Made by a program: the position numbers and the translations under genes. From Octopus bimaculoides (taxonomy: Eukaryota), in the NCBI RefSeq assembly GCF_001194135.2, contig NC_069006.1, forward strand, positions 18,582,328 to 18,630,725: a stretch of DNA of 48,398 bases. The letters run 5' to 3'. Of this stretch, positions 13,555 through 25,312 are shown piece by piece (positions within the stretch are counted from its first letter, which is position 1; every line of letters starts with the position of its first letter). Under the pieces are notes generated by a model. The model made no database searches. It was not told where the DNA came from and saw only the letters and a list, made by a program, of their open reading frames with translations.

Positions 13555-13774
13555 ATGATAATATTGGTTTCAAATGTTGGCACAAGGTTAGCACTTTCGG
13601 GGCATGGGGTGAGTCGATGACATAGACCCCAGTGCTCAACTGGTACTTGTTTCATCGACCTCGAAAGAATGAAGCTAAAGTCGACCTTGGTGGAATTTGA
13701 ACTCAGAATGTAAAGACATGAAATGCCGTTAAGTATTTTGCCTGGCGTGCTAACGTTTCTGCCAGCTCGCTGCC
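13555..13774 (-). mobile_element. SINE family A, full length
   Basis: Head ggcagcgagctggcagaaacgttagcacgcc, B-box gagttcaaattcc, and AT-rich tail. Confidence 0.9.
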
Positions 13775-13785
13775 TGCCATACAGA

Positions 13786-13871
13786 ATCATATTATTTTCT
13801 ACTCTAGATACAAGGCCCGAAATTTTGGGAGAGGGGGCCAGTCGATTAGATCGACCCAGTACGCAACTGGT
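13786..13871 (-). mobile_element. SINE family A, 3' part, fused to a SINE B 3' part
   Basis: caaggcccgaaattttgggagagggggccagtcgattagatcgacccagtacgcaactggt is the reverse complement of the A 3' end. Confidence 0.85.
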
Positions 13872-14021
13872 GTTTACGTCCCCGTAACTTAGCGGTTCGG
13901 CAAAACGAGACCGATAGAATAAGTACTAGGCTTACAAAGAATAAGTCCCGGAGTCGATTTTCTCGACTAAAAGCGGTGCTCCAGCATGGCCGCAGTCAAA
14001 TGACTGAAACAAATAAAAGAG
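13867..14021 (+). mobile_element. SINE family B, 3' half
   Basis: gtttacgtccccgtaacttagcggttcggcaaaa...gcggtgctccagcatggccgcagtcaaatgactgaaacaaataaaagag; matches 38405-38562 and 46110-46220. Confidence 0.9.
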
Positions 14022-14881
14022 TATATCATAAATATATATCATTATGTCATATATGTGTGTGTGTGTCTGTATACATGTCTATACACAAACACACACATAC
14101 ACACAAGTACGTATATTTGTATGCACATATATGTATACACACACACACATATACGTATACACTCGCGTACACACAATTCTCAGTTGTGCACTGAAGAGAA
14201 AGACTAGTGACTGTTGACATCGCGTATCCCAGATACAATATGACGTAAAGGTTAATTAGTAATCTATTCTGTCATAGTGTATACATTAAACAGTGTGTGT
14301 GGATTACTAAGTGCATGTAGCTATGATGCGACATCATGAGATGATAAAATCTCATTGCTGCACACTGCACGCGGCTAACTCCATGATGCATTCCCTGAGT
14401 AGCATCTTGTGCATATCTATCTATAATACATACATACATACATACATATACACACACACATATATATATATATNNNNNNNNNNNNNNNNNNNNNNNNNNN
14501 NNNNNNNNNNNNNNNNNNNNNNNNNNNNNNNNNNNNNNNNNNNNNNNNNNNNNNNNNNNNNNNNNNNNNNNNNNNNNNNNNNNNNNNNNNNNNNNNNNNN
14601 NNNNNNNNNNNNNNNNNNNNNNNNNNNNNNNNNNNNNNNNNNNNNNNNNNNNNNNNNNNNNNNNNNNNNNNNNNNNNNNNNNNNNNNNNNNNNNNNNNNN
14701 NNNNNNNNNNNNNNNNNNNNNNNNNNNNNNNNNNNNNNNNNNNNNNNNNNNNNNNNNNNNNNNNNNNNNNNNNNNNNNNNNNNNNNNNNNNNNNNNNNNN
14801 NNNNNNNNNNNNNNNNNNNNNNNNNNNNNNNNNNNNNNNNNNNNNNNNNNNNNNNNNNNNNNNNNNNNNNNNNNNNNNNNN

Positions 14882-15134
14882 CAGAAATTTAAAAGATAGT
14901 ACTCATGGGAACTGCCCATATTCTACGTAAAATACTGTCTATGTGATATCAAATTTTAAAACTCATAATTTTCTTATGTTTCTTAAACATTCTCTAGAAC
15001 AATACTATGTACAGAACCAAATATATGGCACCCTAGGCATAACACCAACATGAACTTCTAACTTGTTGTCTCTTGAGGTCTCTGGGTGAGACTTGGAGTC
15101 AACTTGTACAAATACAAAGCAAAAGTCAAACATA

Positions 15135-15184
<50 letters not shown>

Positions 15185-15185
15185 A
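14882..15185 (+). mobile_element. 3' end of the same RLE retrotransposon family as 2625-3612, with a (TAC)n tail
   Basis: Reads EI(*)KIVLMGTAHILRKILSM*. The UTR aligns at roughly 90% by eye to the reverse complement of 2650-2915. The upstream part may lie in the gap. Confidence 0.9.
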
Positions 15186-15204
15186 TGATGATGATGATGA
15201 TAAC

Positions 15205-15722
15205 TAAGCTGAACAGAAAAGCAAAATCCCAACAATAGCTAAGAAGCTCAGGACTCAAAGTACAGACTGAAGGATTTTTAATTGCAGCACAAGATCAAAG
15301 CTTCTCCACAAGAGATCACCAAAAACATATAATGAAAAGAAAGACAAATAACTGCAGAATATGTGGTGATGGAAAAGAAACAATAAATCATATTGTCTCT
15401 GGCTGCCCCATCCTGGCTAAGAAAGAATATATTCACAGACAGGACAAAGTTGGGACCTATATACACTGGAAGCTATGCCAACGCTATGGAATAATAACAG
15501 AAAAAAATGGTATAGGCACACCCCAGAAAAGGTCACAGAAAATGAGAAAGCAACCATACTCTTGGATAGAGAAATCAAGGCTAATAAACCGGATATAGTT
15601 GTCAGATACCAAGAAAAAGAATGCTTTCTAATCGATGGATCAATAACCAACAGATGACAACGTCTTTCAAAAAGAAACGGAGAAACTTTAAAAATGCAAA
15701 GATCTGGAAATAGAGGTAACTC
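15205..15722 (+). mobile_element. Internal fragment of a second, diverged RLE-type (R4/Dong-like) retrotransposon
   Basis: SGLK..TEGFLIAAQDQS, CRICGDGKETINHIVSGCPILAKKEYIHRQDKVGTYIHWKLC, then with frameshifts KWYRHTPEKVTENEKATILLDREIKANKPDIVV..CFLID..KDLEIEVT. Confidence 0.9.
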
Positions 15723-15924
15723 TATCAATTTAAATGTATGTCGTATTACATGAAAATATTTCGCCACTTCCCCTCCCCAAGCTTTCAGTTATACTGTAAT
15801 GTTTATTACCCTTCACTCGCCCTAGGACGCTGGGTGTGTTTCGGCGAGTGATTGAAACATGCAGATTAAAAGTAAATAATAATTATAATAATAATGATGA
15901 TGACGATGATGGCTTCAACCCTTA

Positions 15925-16190
15925 TTGAAGGACCATTGAGCGGGATGGGCTACTCGACCTGAAGAAAATTCTAACTGGGCCCCCACCTGCAAGGTCATGC
16001 GCTGTTTATCTTGACATGAGGTCACCATGTCGCGCACATATGGTTCTCATGCACGTGCCTGGTGTACCCTTATCAGGCGGGCAGTCATGATGGGTATTCT
16101 TGGCTTCGTATATTTTACCCCGGTGTCACTTTGATGGCATGCACTGCTCTCTCACTCAACAACAACAACAACAACAACAACAATAATAAT
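15925..16190 (+). mobile_element. 3' end of an unassigned retroelement ending in (CAA)n(TAA)n
   Basis: GC-richer block ending ...gtcactttgatggcatgcactgctctctcactc(aac)n(aat)n. Recalled as an abundant octopus repeat; single copy in this window. Confidence 0.5.
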
Positions 16191-16485
16191 CCTTTCTACT
16201 ATAGACACAAGACTTAAAATTTAGAGAAGGGGATAGTCGATTATTTCGAAACCAGCACACAACTGGTACTTATTTTATCAACCCCGAAAAGATGAAAAGA
16301 AAAGTCGACCTAGGAGTTTCAGCTCATAGCTGTGGCCATGCTGGAGCACCGCTATAATAGTAACAATAATAATAATGGTTTCAAATTTTTCCACAAGGGC
16401 AGCAGTTTTGAGATGAGTCGATTACATCGACCCCAGGTGAAGTCGACCTCGGCAGAATTTGAACTCAGATCGTAGCGATGGGCGA
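16180..16485 (-). mobile_element. Stack of SINE A 3' half (16180-16312), SINE B tail (16316-16351) and internally deleted SINE A (16352-16485)
   Basis: Each segment is the reverse complement of the matching family part. The last copy jumps from ccccag to gtgaagtcgacc and runs into a gap. Confidence 0.8.
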
Positions 16486-17353
16486 NNNNNNNNNNNNNNN
16501 NNNNNNNNNNNNNNNNNNNNNNNNNNNNNNNNNNNNNNNNNNNNNNNNNNNNNNNNNNNNNNNNNNNNNNNNNNNNNNNNNNNNNNNNNNNNNNNNNNNN
16601 NNNNNNNNNNNNNNNNNNNNNNNNNNNNNNNNNNNNNNNNNNNNNNNNNNNNNNNNNNNNNNNNNNNNNNNNNNNNNNNNNNNNNNNNNNNNNNNNNNNN
16701 NNNNNNNNNNNNNNNNNNNNNNNNNNNNNNNNNNNNNNNNNNNNNNNNNNNNNNNNNNNNNNNNNNNNNNNNNNNNNNNNNNNNNNNNNNNNNNNNNNNN
16801 NNNNNNNNNNNNNNNNNNNNNNNNNNNNNNNNNNNNNNNNNNNNNNNNNNNNNNNNNNNNNNNNNNNNNNNNNNNNNNNNNNNNNNNNNNNNNNNNNNNN
16901 NNNNNNNNNNNNNNNNNNNNNNNNNNNNNNNNNNNNNNNNNNNNNNNNNNNNNNNNNNNNNNNNNNNNNNNNNNNNNNNNNNNNNNNNNNNNNNNNNNNN
17001 NNNNNNNNNNNNNNNNNNNNNNNNNNNNNNNNNNNNNNNNNNNNNNNNNNNNNNNNNNNNNNNNNNNNNNNNNNNNNNNNNNNNNNNNNNNNNNNNNNNN
17101 NNNNNNNNNNNNNNNNNNNNNNNNNNNNNNNNNNNNNNNNNNNNNNNNNNNNNNNNNNNNNNNNNNNNNNNNNNNNNNNNNNNNNNNNNNNNNNNNNNNN
17201 NNNNNNNNNNNNNNNNNNNNNNNNNNNNNNNNNNNNNNNNNNNNNNNNNNNNNNNNNNNNNNNNNNNNNNNNNNNNNNNNNNNNNNNNNNNNNNNNNNNN
17301 NNNNNNNNNNNNNNNNNNNNNNNNNNNNNNNNNNNNNNNNNNNNNNNNNNNNN

Positions 17354-17416
<63 letters not shown>

Positions 17417-17417
17417 C

Positions 17418-17448
<31 letters not shown>

Positions 17449-17561
17449 CAGTGAGAGAGAGACAGAGATAACGATAGGGATATATATATATATATAAAGA
17501 GTGATAGACGGACATATGGATAGACATAGAAAGATACATAGACACACACATAGCTTGCTAG

Positions 17562-17600
<39 letters not shown>

Positions 17601-18284
17601 GAAAGAGGGAGAGAGCGAGGTATATAGATACATACATATGTACCTAAACTGAGAAACAGATATTTAGGTAAATAAATAGATAGACAAACAGACAGACAAA
17701 TAGATAGATAAACAGAGACCGATAGATACATAGAGGGACGGAGAAGGAGAGAAGGGTTGAAGCCTTTTGTGGAATTGGTTCAAGTACGTATTAACATTGT
17801 TAACGTTAATTAGTGCGAAGACTTACAAACAGCCGACAACAAAAGATGTGACATGGCTGTTAATAAGTGATTGCGCGAGGAGCAAACGGCTGGTTTGGAT
17901 GCTCGGTGCCCCAATGAATTTTTCCTATACATGCCAAAGTTGCACACCGACATCTTGATAAATGTCTACCGCAAAGGGCAGCAGAAAGGATCAATACCCA
18001 CTCGTGTGAGCGCTGGAGTGATGGAGCCGCTGAAGAAAGCTACCGGCAAGAGAGACATTATTCATAATTCCCGACTCATGACTCTGCTGGATACACATTT
18101 CCTCTGATTAGTGACCAACAGACCTAATATTTCCAGGGAATACAATGATAAACTTATACGGAGCAAAGTTCACAGCAAGTCATCAAAATTGTACTTTATC
18201 TACATTAAACTCATTTTGGATTTTCTAACACACGAAGTGTTGCGTGAGAATGTGTTTGTGAGGGAGCACATACACACATATTTT

Positions 18285-18420
18285 ATTTACATCCCCGTCA
18301 CTTAGCAGTTTGGCAAAAGAGACCGGGAGAACAAGTACCAAACTTTAAAAAGAACACTGGAATCAATTTGTTTGATTAAAAACCGTCAGCGCGACGCCTG
18401 AACATGGCTGCACTAAACAT
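18285..18420 (+). mobile_element. SINE family B, diverged 3' half
   Basis: tttacatccccgtcacttagcagtttggcaaaagagaccg...aacatggctgca. Confidence 0.75.
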
Positions 18421-18444
18421 CATCATCATCATCATCATCATTCA

Positions 18445-18672
18445 GGCGGCGAGCTGGCAGAATCGTCAGCGCGAAGGGCGAAATGCATAGCGGGTATTTC
18501 GCCCGTCGCTACGTTCTGAGTTCAAATTCCGCCGAAGTCCATTTTGCCTTTCATTCTTTTGGGGTCCATAAAGTAAAGTACCAGTTGTATACTGGGGATC
18601 AATGTAATCGACTAGTCCCCTCTCCCGAATCTCAGGCCTTGTGCCTATAATAAAAAGGATTATTATCATTAT
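18445..18672 (+). mobile_element. SINE family A, full length (tRNA-derived)
   Basis: A-box tggcagaatcgtcag, B-box gagttcaaattcc, 3' ctcaggccttgtgcctataataaaaaggattattatc; preceded by (CAT)n. Confidence 0.92.
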
Positions 18673-19384
18673 TACTTTTTCTCCTCCCCCTCCTCGTCTT
18701 CCGAACCATATTTTTATCTGCTTTTGGTATTAACATTGACCGTCTTTTCACAATTTCATTTTTACTTTTAATTTCATTTATCCCTTTTGTTTCCTCCGGA
18801 TACAAGCAAAACACAACGCTTGGCAGGCGCATATTGTCAGAGCGCTCCTTTGATGCAGGACTGTCAAAGTGCCTCCCTAAATGTTTAAAGCTGCAAATAT
18901 TACAAAACTCTTCTCCGTGGAACATTTGTGTGAATTGGTTTTGAAAAATAGTTGGTACAGGAACAATTGTAACGGGTCATTAAAGATGGGATAAACATTT
19001 TCTTTGTCTTCTTATCTGGATTATATACACACACAAACACATACACACGCACACAACCACACATACACACACATCAATTGGTTGCTATCACATCGATCGT
19101 GGTCATTAGTTCAATTGCTTCCAGCATGTGATGAGCTTCTAGAATACTCTGAGGGAACGTTAATAGATTAATTAGTCAATTAATATATTAATAGTGTTCC
19201 GTTCTTCCTCTACAAAATTGGAACAATTTTGGAACGATAACATTTACATTATAAATCCAATCCCAGAAAGAGCGTATGCTACTTACGCATGCGGCAAAAA
19301 TACAATGGTAGCTCAATCCATGGGACACATGTTTCAGTAGCAAAGCATTTTTATTGATTACTCGTATATTACGTAATATATATA

Positions 19385-19557
19385 TACGGAGCAAATAATT
19401 CAGGAGAAAATATTTGCGAAGATATTATTGACTCTATTATTATTTAGTGTAACAATTATTATTGATTTCGTTATTATCATTTTTAATTGTTGCACTAGAT
19501 AATAATAGAGTCAATAATATCTTTGCAAATATTTTCTCCTAAATTATTTGCTCCGTA
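19385..19557. mobile_element. 173-bp palindromic (foldback/MITE-like) element with TA ends
   Basis: Arms 19385-19458 and 19484-19557 are reverse complements at 70/74, with a 25-nt spacer. Confidence 0.8.
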
Positions 19558-20205
19558 TTGAAATTATTTTCACACTGATGGCTGCCATGTTTCGGCGTAA
19601 AAGGAATCAGTTGCAGCGCAGACTTCAGCATGACGACTCGTGGCTTTCCATCATGGTAACGCGTACTGAGGAAGGTGAGGCTATAATGCCAGTTCAGAAA
19701 CCGGTCCACGTGAGTTCAAATAAATACTTGAATGTATGTTCAGAAATTATCCTAGCTCGCTTACCAGCGGACTGTTCATTTCTATAGTTATCATCATTTT
19801 TTCCCCGGCGATTTGNNNNNNNNNNNNNNNNNNNNNNNNNNNNNNNNNNNNNNNNNNNNNNNNNNNNNNNNNNNNNNNNNNNNNNNNNNNNNNNNNNNNN
19901 NNNNNNNNNNNNNNNNNNNNNNNNNNNNNNNNNNNNNNNATATATATATATATAAATATATATATATATATCTTTTGTCTTTTACGTATCTCATAAACAA
20001 ATCAACAGCGGGCGTCAGGCGGTGGTGAGAGACAAACACACACACACACATTTGAAGGCTAAAACAACGCAAAAGCGCATTGTGACGAGCGATGTGTGAC
20101 AACATTTGATAGCCTGGTCAATCACATGATATATATATGTATATGGAAAATAACGTAAGGTAGGAAATGCTAAAATTATTTTATCATGAAATACAATTTG
20201 TAACG

Positions 20206-20246
20206 GTTAGTACCGATTTCTGTCTTTTTGACTTTTTCAACCAAGA
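20206..20246 (-). ncRNA. Decayed minimal hammerhead-like fold (family H3)
   Basis: Minus strand: CTTGG-TTGAAAA-AGTC-aaaaa-GACA-GAA-ATCGGT-A-CTAAC. Stem II is GTC/GAC and stem III is near-palindromic (ACCGGT-like), but the core is mutated. Confidence 0.35.
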
Positions 20247-20493
20247 GTAAAACAAAGGTGGATATCAATTAAAAAGAAAAACAATTAAATCGAAGAAAAC
20301 ATTAAATGATATGCTTTGTAACTATTTCCATAGTCTTCAAATAGGTAGGTCATTTTCCTTTTTTTTATCTCTTACTTTTCCTTTGTAAAAGCTCGTAAGG
20401 TAGGTAGAAGCAGATCCATCCATCCATCCATCCATCCATCCCTCTCTCTCTATCCCTCTCCCTCCCTCTCTCTCTCTCTCTATATATATATAT

Positions 20494-20647
20494 ACGACGA
20501 GCCTCTTTCAGTTTCCGTCTACCAAATCCACCCACAAGGCTTTGGTCGGCCCGAGGGTGTAGCAGAGGAACTTTTGCTTAAAGGGACACACAGTAGGACT
20601 GAACCTGGAAACATTTGATTGAGACCCAACATGTATACCATACAGCA
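20494..20647 (-). mobile_element. SINE family B, 5' part
   Basis: Reverse complement of caggttcagtcctactgtgtg...gggccgaccaaagccttgtgggtggatttggtagacggaaactgaaagaggctcgtcgta. Confidence 0.85.
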
Positions 20648-21930
20648 ACGAAAACGTGTATGCTCACACATGCACGCATATTAGATGTAGAGAGATAGAG
20701 AAGGAGAGAGAGAGAGAGAGAGTAAGGCGGGGAGAAAAGAGACCGATAAACTGGGAATGATGAAAAATTTGTTTTAAATTACAAGAAGGGCAAAAATGCA
20801 CAAAAAAGAACGTAAGCAAATTCAGAATAAACACCAGCAACAACAACCACAGCGACATGAACAATAACTCTTAAATATAAAAGATATATAAAACAATACC
20901 AGTACAACGCAATGAATAACCAGCCCAAAACAATAATAGCATATATAATAACGTTGAAGACGAATAATAATGATAGTAGTAATAACATAATCGTTTGTTG
21001 ATATTTGGTGTTGGAACAAACAAACGATAGTTATGGACGATATAATTATGAGGCAAAGACGCTTTCCCTTGCAATATAGAAACGCATATATATATATATA
21101 TATATATATACATACACATATACATATATATANNNNNNNNNNNNNNNNNNNNNNNNNNNNNNNNNNNNNNNNNNNNNNNNNNNNNNNNNNNNNNNNNNNN
21201 NNNNNNNNNNNNNNNNNNNNNNNNNNNNNNNNNNNNNNNNNNNNNNNNNNNNNNNNNNNNNNNNNNNNNNNNNNNNNNNNNNNNNNNNNNNNNNNNNNNN
21301 NNNNNNNNNNNNNNNNNNNNNNNNNNNNNNNNNNNNNNNNNNNNNNNNNNNNNNNNNNNNNNNNNNNNNNNNNNNNNNNNNNNNNNNNNNNNNNNNNNNN
21401 NNNNNNNNNNNNNNNNNNNNNNNNNNNNNNNNNNNNNNNNNNNNNNNNNNNNNNNNNNNNNNNNNNNNNNNNNNNNNNNNNNNNNNNNNNNNNNNNNNNN
21501 NNNNNNNNNNNNNNNNNNNNNNNNNNNNNNNNNNNNNNNNNNNNNNNNNNNNNNNNNNNNNNNNNNNNNNNNNNNNNNNNNNNNNNNNNNNNNNNNNNNN
21601 NNNNNNNNNNNNNNNNNNNNNNNNNNNNNNNNNNNNNNNNNNNNNNNNNNNNNNNNNNNNNNNNNNNNNNNNNNNNNNNNNNNNNNNNNNNNNNNNNNNN
21701 NNNNNNNNNNNNNNNNNNNNNNNNNNNNNNNNNNNNNNNNNNNNNNNNNNNNNNNNNNNNNNNNNNNNNNNNNNNNNNNNNNNNNNNNNNNNNNNNNNNN
21801 NNNNNNNNNNNNNNNNNNNNNNNNNNNNNNNNNNNNNNNNNNNNNNNNNNNNNNNNNNNNNNNNNNNNNNNNNNNNNNNNNNNNNNNNNNNNNNNNNNNN
21901 NNNNNNNNNNNNNNNNNNNNNNNNNNNNNN

Positions 21931-22062
<132 letters not shown>

Positions 22063-22358
22063 GCATACAATAATTAATATACACTTTCATAACACATTCC
22101 AGTGTTCTCTATCAAATAATTTATCGCCAAATTACTGCATATTACAAGCATAATACATCATATAAAGAGCTTGTTTGATGTGTGTGTCTCTGTATGTGGG
22201 CGGGTGTATATATATATATATATATATATATGAATGTGTGTATGTATTTATGCATACGTGTGCGTGTATATGTCTGTGTATGTGCATATATGCGAGTGAA
22301 TATGTTTATGTATCTGTATGTTTCTATCGCAGTATCTATTTGCATTTTTGTTTTTTGA

Positions 22359-22398
<40 letters not shown>

Positions 22399-22619
22399 TT
22401 TCCTTCTGTCAGTCTCCCTCCCTTTCTTTTTGCCCTCTTTTCCTTCTCTCATTCTCAACATGTCTCCCTGGATATAATTGATTGAATGTTAAACATTATT
22501 ATAATTATAAATATCCATTTATTGGTGATTGTGTTCATATAATTACTAGGCAAACATTGATGCACAAACACACACAAACTGCACACAAACACAAAGAAAT
22601 ATATATACATATATACGTT

Positions 22620-22671
22620 TACATATATACATATATATATACATGTGTATATATATACTGATATATATATA

Positions 22672-22715
<44 letters not shown>

Positions 22716-23608
22716 NNNNNNNNNNNNNNNNNNNNNNNNNNNNNNNNNNNNNNNNNNNNNNNNNNNNNNNNNNNNNNNNNNNNNNNNNNNNNNNNNNNNN
22801 NNNNNNNNNNNNNNNNNNNNNNNNNNNNNNNNNNNNNNNNNNNNNNNNNNNNNNNNNNNNNNNNNNNNNNNNNNNNNNNNNNNNNNNNNNNNNNNNNNNN
22901 NNNNNNNNNNNNNNNNNNNNNNNNNNNNNNNNNNNNNNNNNNNNNNNNNNNNNNNNNNNNNNNNNNNNNNNNNNNNNNNNNNNNNNNNNNNNNNNNNNNN
23001 NNNNNNNNNNNNNNNNNNNNNNNNNNNNNNNNNNNNNNNNNNNNNNNNNNNNNNNNNNNNNNNNNNNNNNNNNNNNNNNNNNNNNNNNNNNNNNNNNNNN
23101 NNNNNNNNNNNNNNNNNNNNNNNNNNNNNNNNNNNNNNNNNNNNNNNNNNNNNNNNNNNNNNNNNNNNNNNNNNNNNNNNNNNNNNNNNNNNNNNNNNNN
23201 NNNNNNNNNNNNNNNNNNNNNNNNNNNNNNNNNNNNNNNNNNNNNNNNNNNNNNNNNNNNNNNNNNNNNNNNNNNNNNNNNNNNNNNNNNNNNNNNNNNN
23301 NNNNNNNNNNNNNNNNNNNNNNNNNNNNNNNNNNNNNNNNNNNNNNNNNNNNNNNNNNNNNNNNNNNNNNNNNNNNNNNNNNNNNNNNNNATATATACTG
23401 ATATATATATATATATACTGATATATATATATATATACTGATATATATATATATATATATGTATGTATATACATATATATATATATACTGATATATATAT
23501 ATATGTATGTATATACATGTATATATATATACTGATATATATATATATGTATGTATATACATGTATATATATACTGATATATATATATATGTATGTATAT
23601 ACATGTAT

Positions 23609-23681
<73 letters not shown>

Positions 23682-23690
23682 TACATACAT
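22620..23690. repeat. Compound minisatellite of (TA)n-CTGA and GTATGTATATACAT units, interrupted by a gap
   Basis: The tatatactgatatata unit recurs on both sides of the 22716-23390 gap. Confidence 0.9.
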
Positions 23691-24087
23691 ATATATGTAT
23701 ATACGGAAACACTCACACACTCATACACACATCTACACAAAACACAGCAAACAACCGTTGAAGGAAATGCACCTGTATTTTTCAGAGAGAATCTCCGTGT
23801 GAAATAATTGTTTCTTGATTTCTATAGAATTCCACGAACATAGATGTAATAAATAGTATTAAGAGTGTCAAATGTTTAACAGTGAATGATATCAAATTAA
23901 ATAGTAATACTGTATGGCACCTGTTTACGAGGCTACGAGTTATCTCTCTCCGTGTAACTTCGTATCTGTACGTATTAGTGTGTGTGTGTGCGCGCGAGCA
24001 CGTGTTTGTACGTACGTATGTATGTAAGTCTACATATGTAGATATACAAGTATGTTATATAAAGATACATATGTATATCTGTATCCA

Positions 24088-24175
<88 letters not shown>

Positions 24176-24278
24176 TGACTGGTAGACCTTGTATAACTCA
24201 AATAATTACATAGTTACAGATATCTCATTATATATGTATGTGTGCGCGTGTATGCATGTATATACAGAAATATATATA

Positions 24279-25130
24279 CAAGGTGCGATGAATAAACAGT
24301 GGTCTAAATTACGCAAAAATGAAAATAACACTGACATCTCATTTTAACAGACATATTTACCAAAATTGCATAAAAATATCTGGAAATACTAAAGAGTAAA
24401 TTTATTCTATAAAATCACCATTGGCTTCAACCATGGCCTCCCAACGACTTTGGAATTTCCTGTAACTCTTCTGGATGGTCTCCTTGTTTAAGTTGCTGAA
24501 TGCTGTCATAATCCTTGCTTTCAGCTCATCTTTGGTGTTACGAGGAGTTTTCTTGGTCTCTCACTCAACTTGTCCCACACATAATAATCAAGGGGTTTGC
24601 AGTGTGGGGAGTTAGGTGGCCAGATGTTATGGGTGATGTGGTTTCAGAAATTGTCTGACAGCCATGACTGGGTTCTCCTGCTTGTGTGGCATGGTGCAGA
24701 GTCCTGTTGCCAGACATAGGGTCTTCTAGCAGCCACCCTCTTGACCCAGAGCAGCACTACCTCCCCCAGGCATTCGATGTAGGCCTCCGTGTTGAGTCTG
24801 AGGCCGTGTGGGAAGATGAACGGAGGCATAACGTCGCCATCACTAGTGATCACTCCAAACACCATGATGTTGACTGGATGTTTGATTTTTATCACTCTCA
24901 GTACATGTCCTCAGATTGCACTGTCCTCAGATTGACACCCAAACACTCTGAAATGATCGTATTGGAGCTTCCAGTGCGAATGCCAAGCAGTACAGCATGT
25001 CGTTTCCAAATTTCTGGCAGAGTAAACTGCGTCACGGTGCTATTTGTCTCACAGACGGTGCGCAACTGCCCCTACCATACTGTGTAGTGAATTTGATTTC
25101 CTATGTGTGATATAAAAGAAATTGTTTTTT
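24279..25130 (-). mobile_element. Internally deleted Tc1/mariner element, DD37D (maT) family
   Basis: Transposase remnant MVFGVITSDGDVMPPFIF...WQQDSAPCH...WPPNSPHCKPLDYYVW has exactly 37 residues between the second and third Asp. C-terminus ...MVEANGDFIE* (stop 24402-24404). One end is TA-CAAGGTG at 24277; the other TIR was not clearly found. Confidence 0.9.
24402..25036 (-). pseudogene. maT transposase pseudogene: N-terminal HTH start joined to the distal catalytic domain
   Basis: 25036-24920 reads (GTG)TQFTLPEIWKRHAVLLGIRTGSSNTIISECLGVNLRTVQ and then jumps to ...VIKIKHPVNIMVFG. The first catalytic Asp region is absent; there is an in-frame TGA at 24644 and a frameshift near 24575. Confidence 0.85.
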
Positions 25131-25312
25131 TTTTTTTTACAAAGGATTTTATTTTCATTTTCAAAGAGCTTCTCCCAGACATCCTTAAATACGCAAATAT
25201 ACGATTTTTTACAAACAATTTACTCAATATGTAAATGGTTCAAAGGTGCAGAAAACAAGTGAGGGTACAAGAAACCAGGTGCATTCGTTTGACGCTCAGG
25301 AGAAATGGGAAA

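Noticed and set aside
25145-25165. Possible second TIR of the maT element
   Set aside because: Only a 13-bp AT-rich match (ttattttcatttt) to the inner part of the other end; too weak to call.
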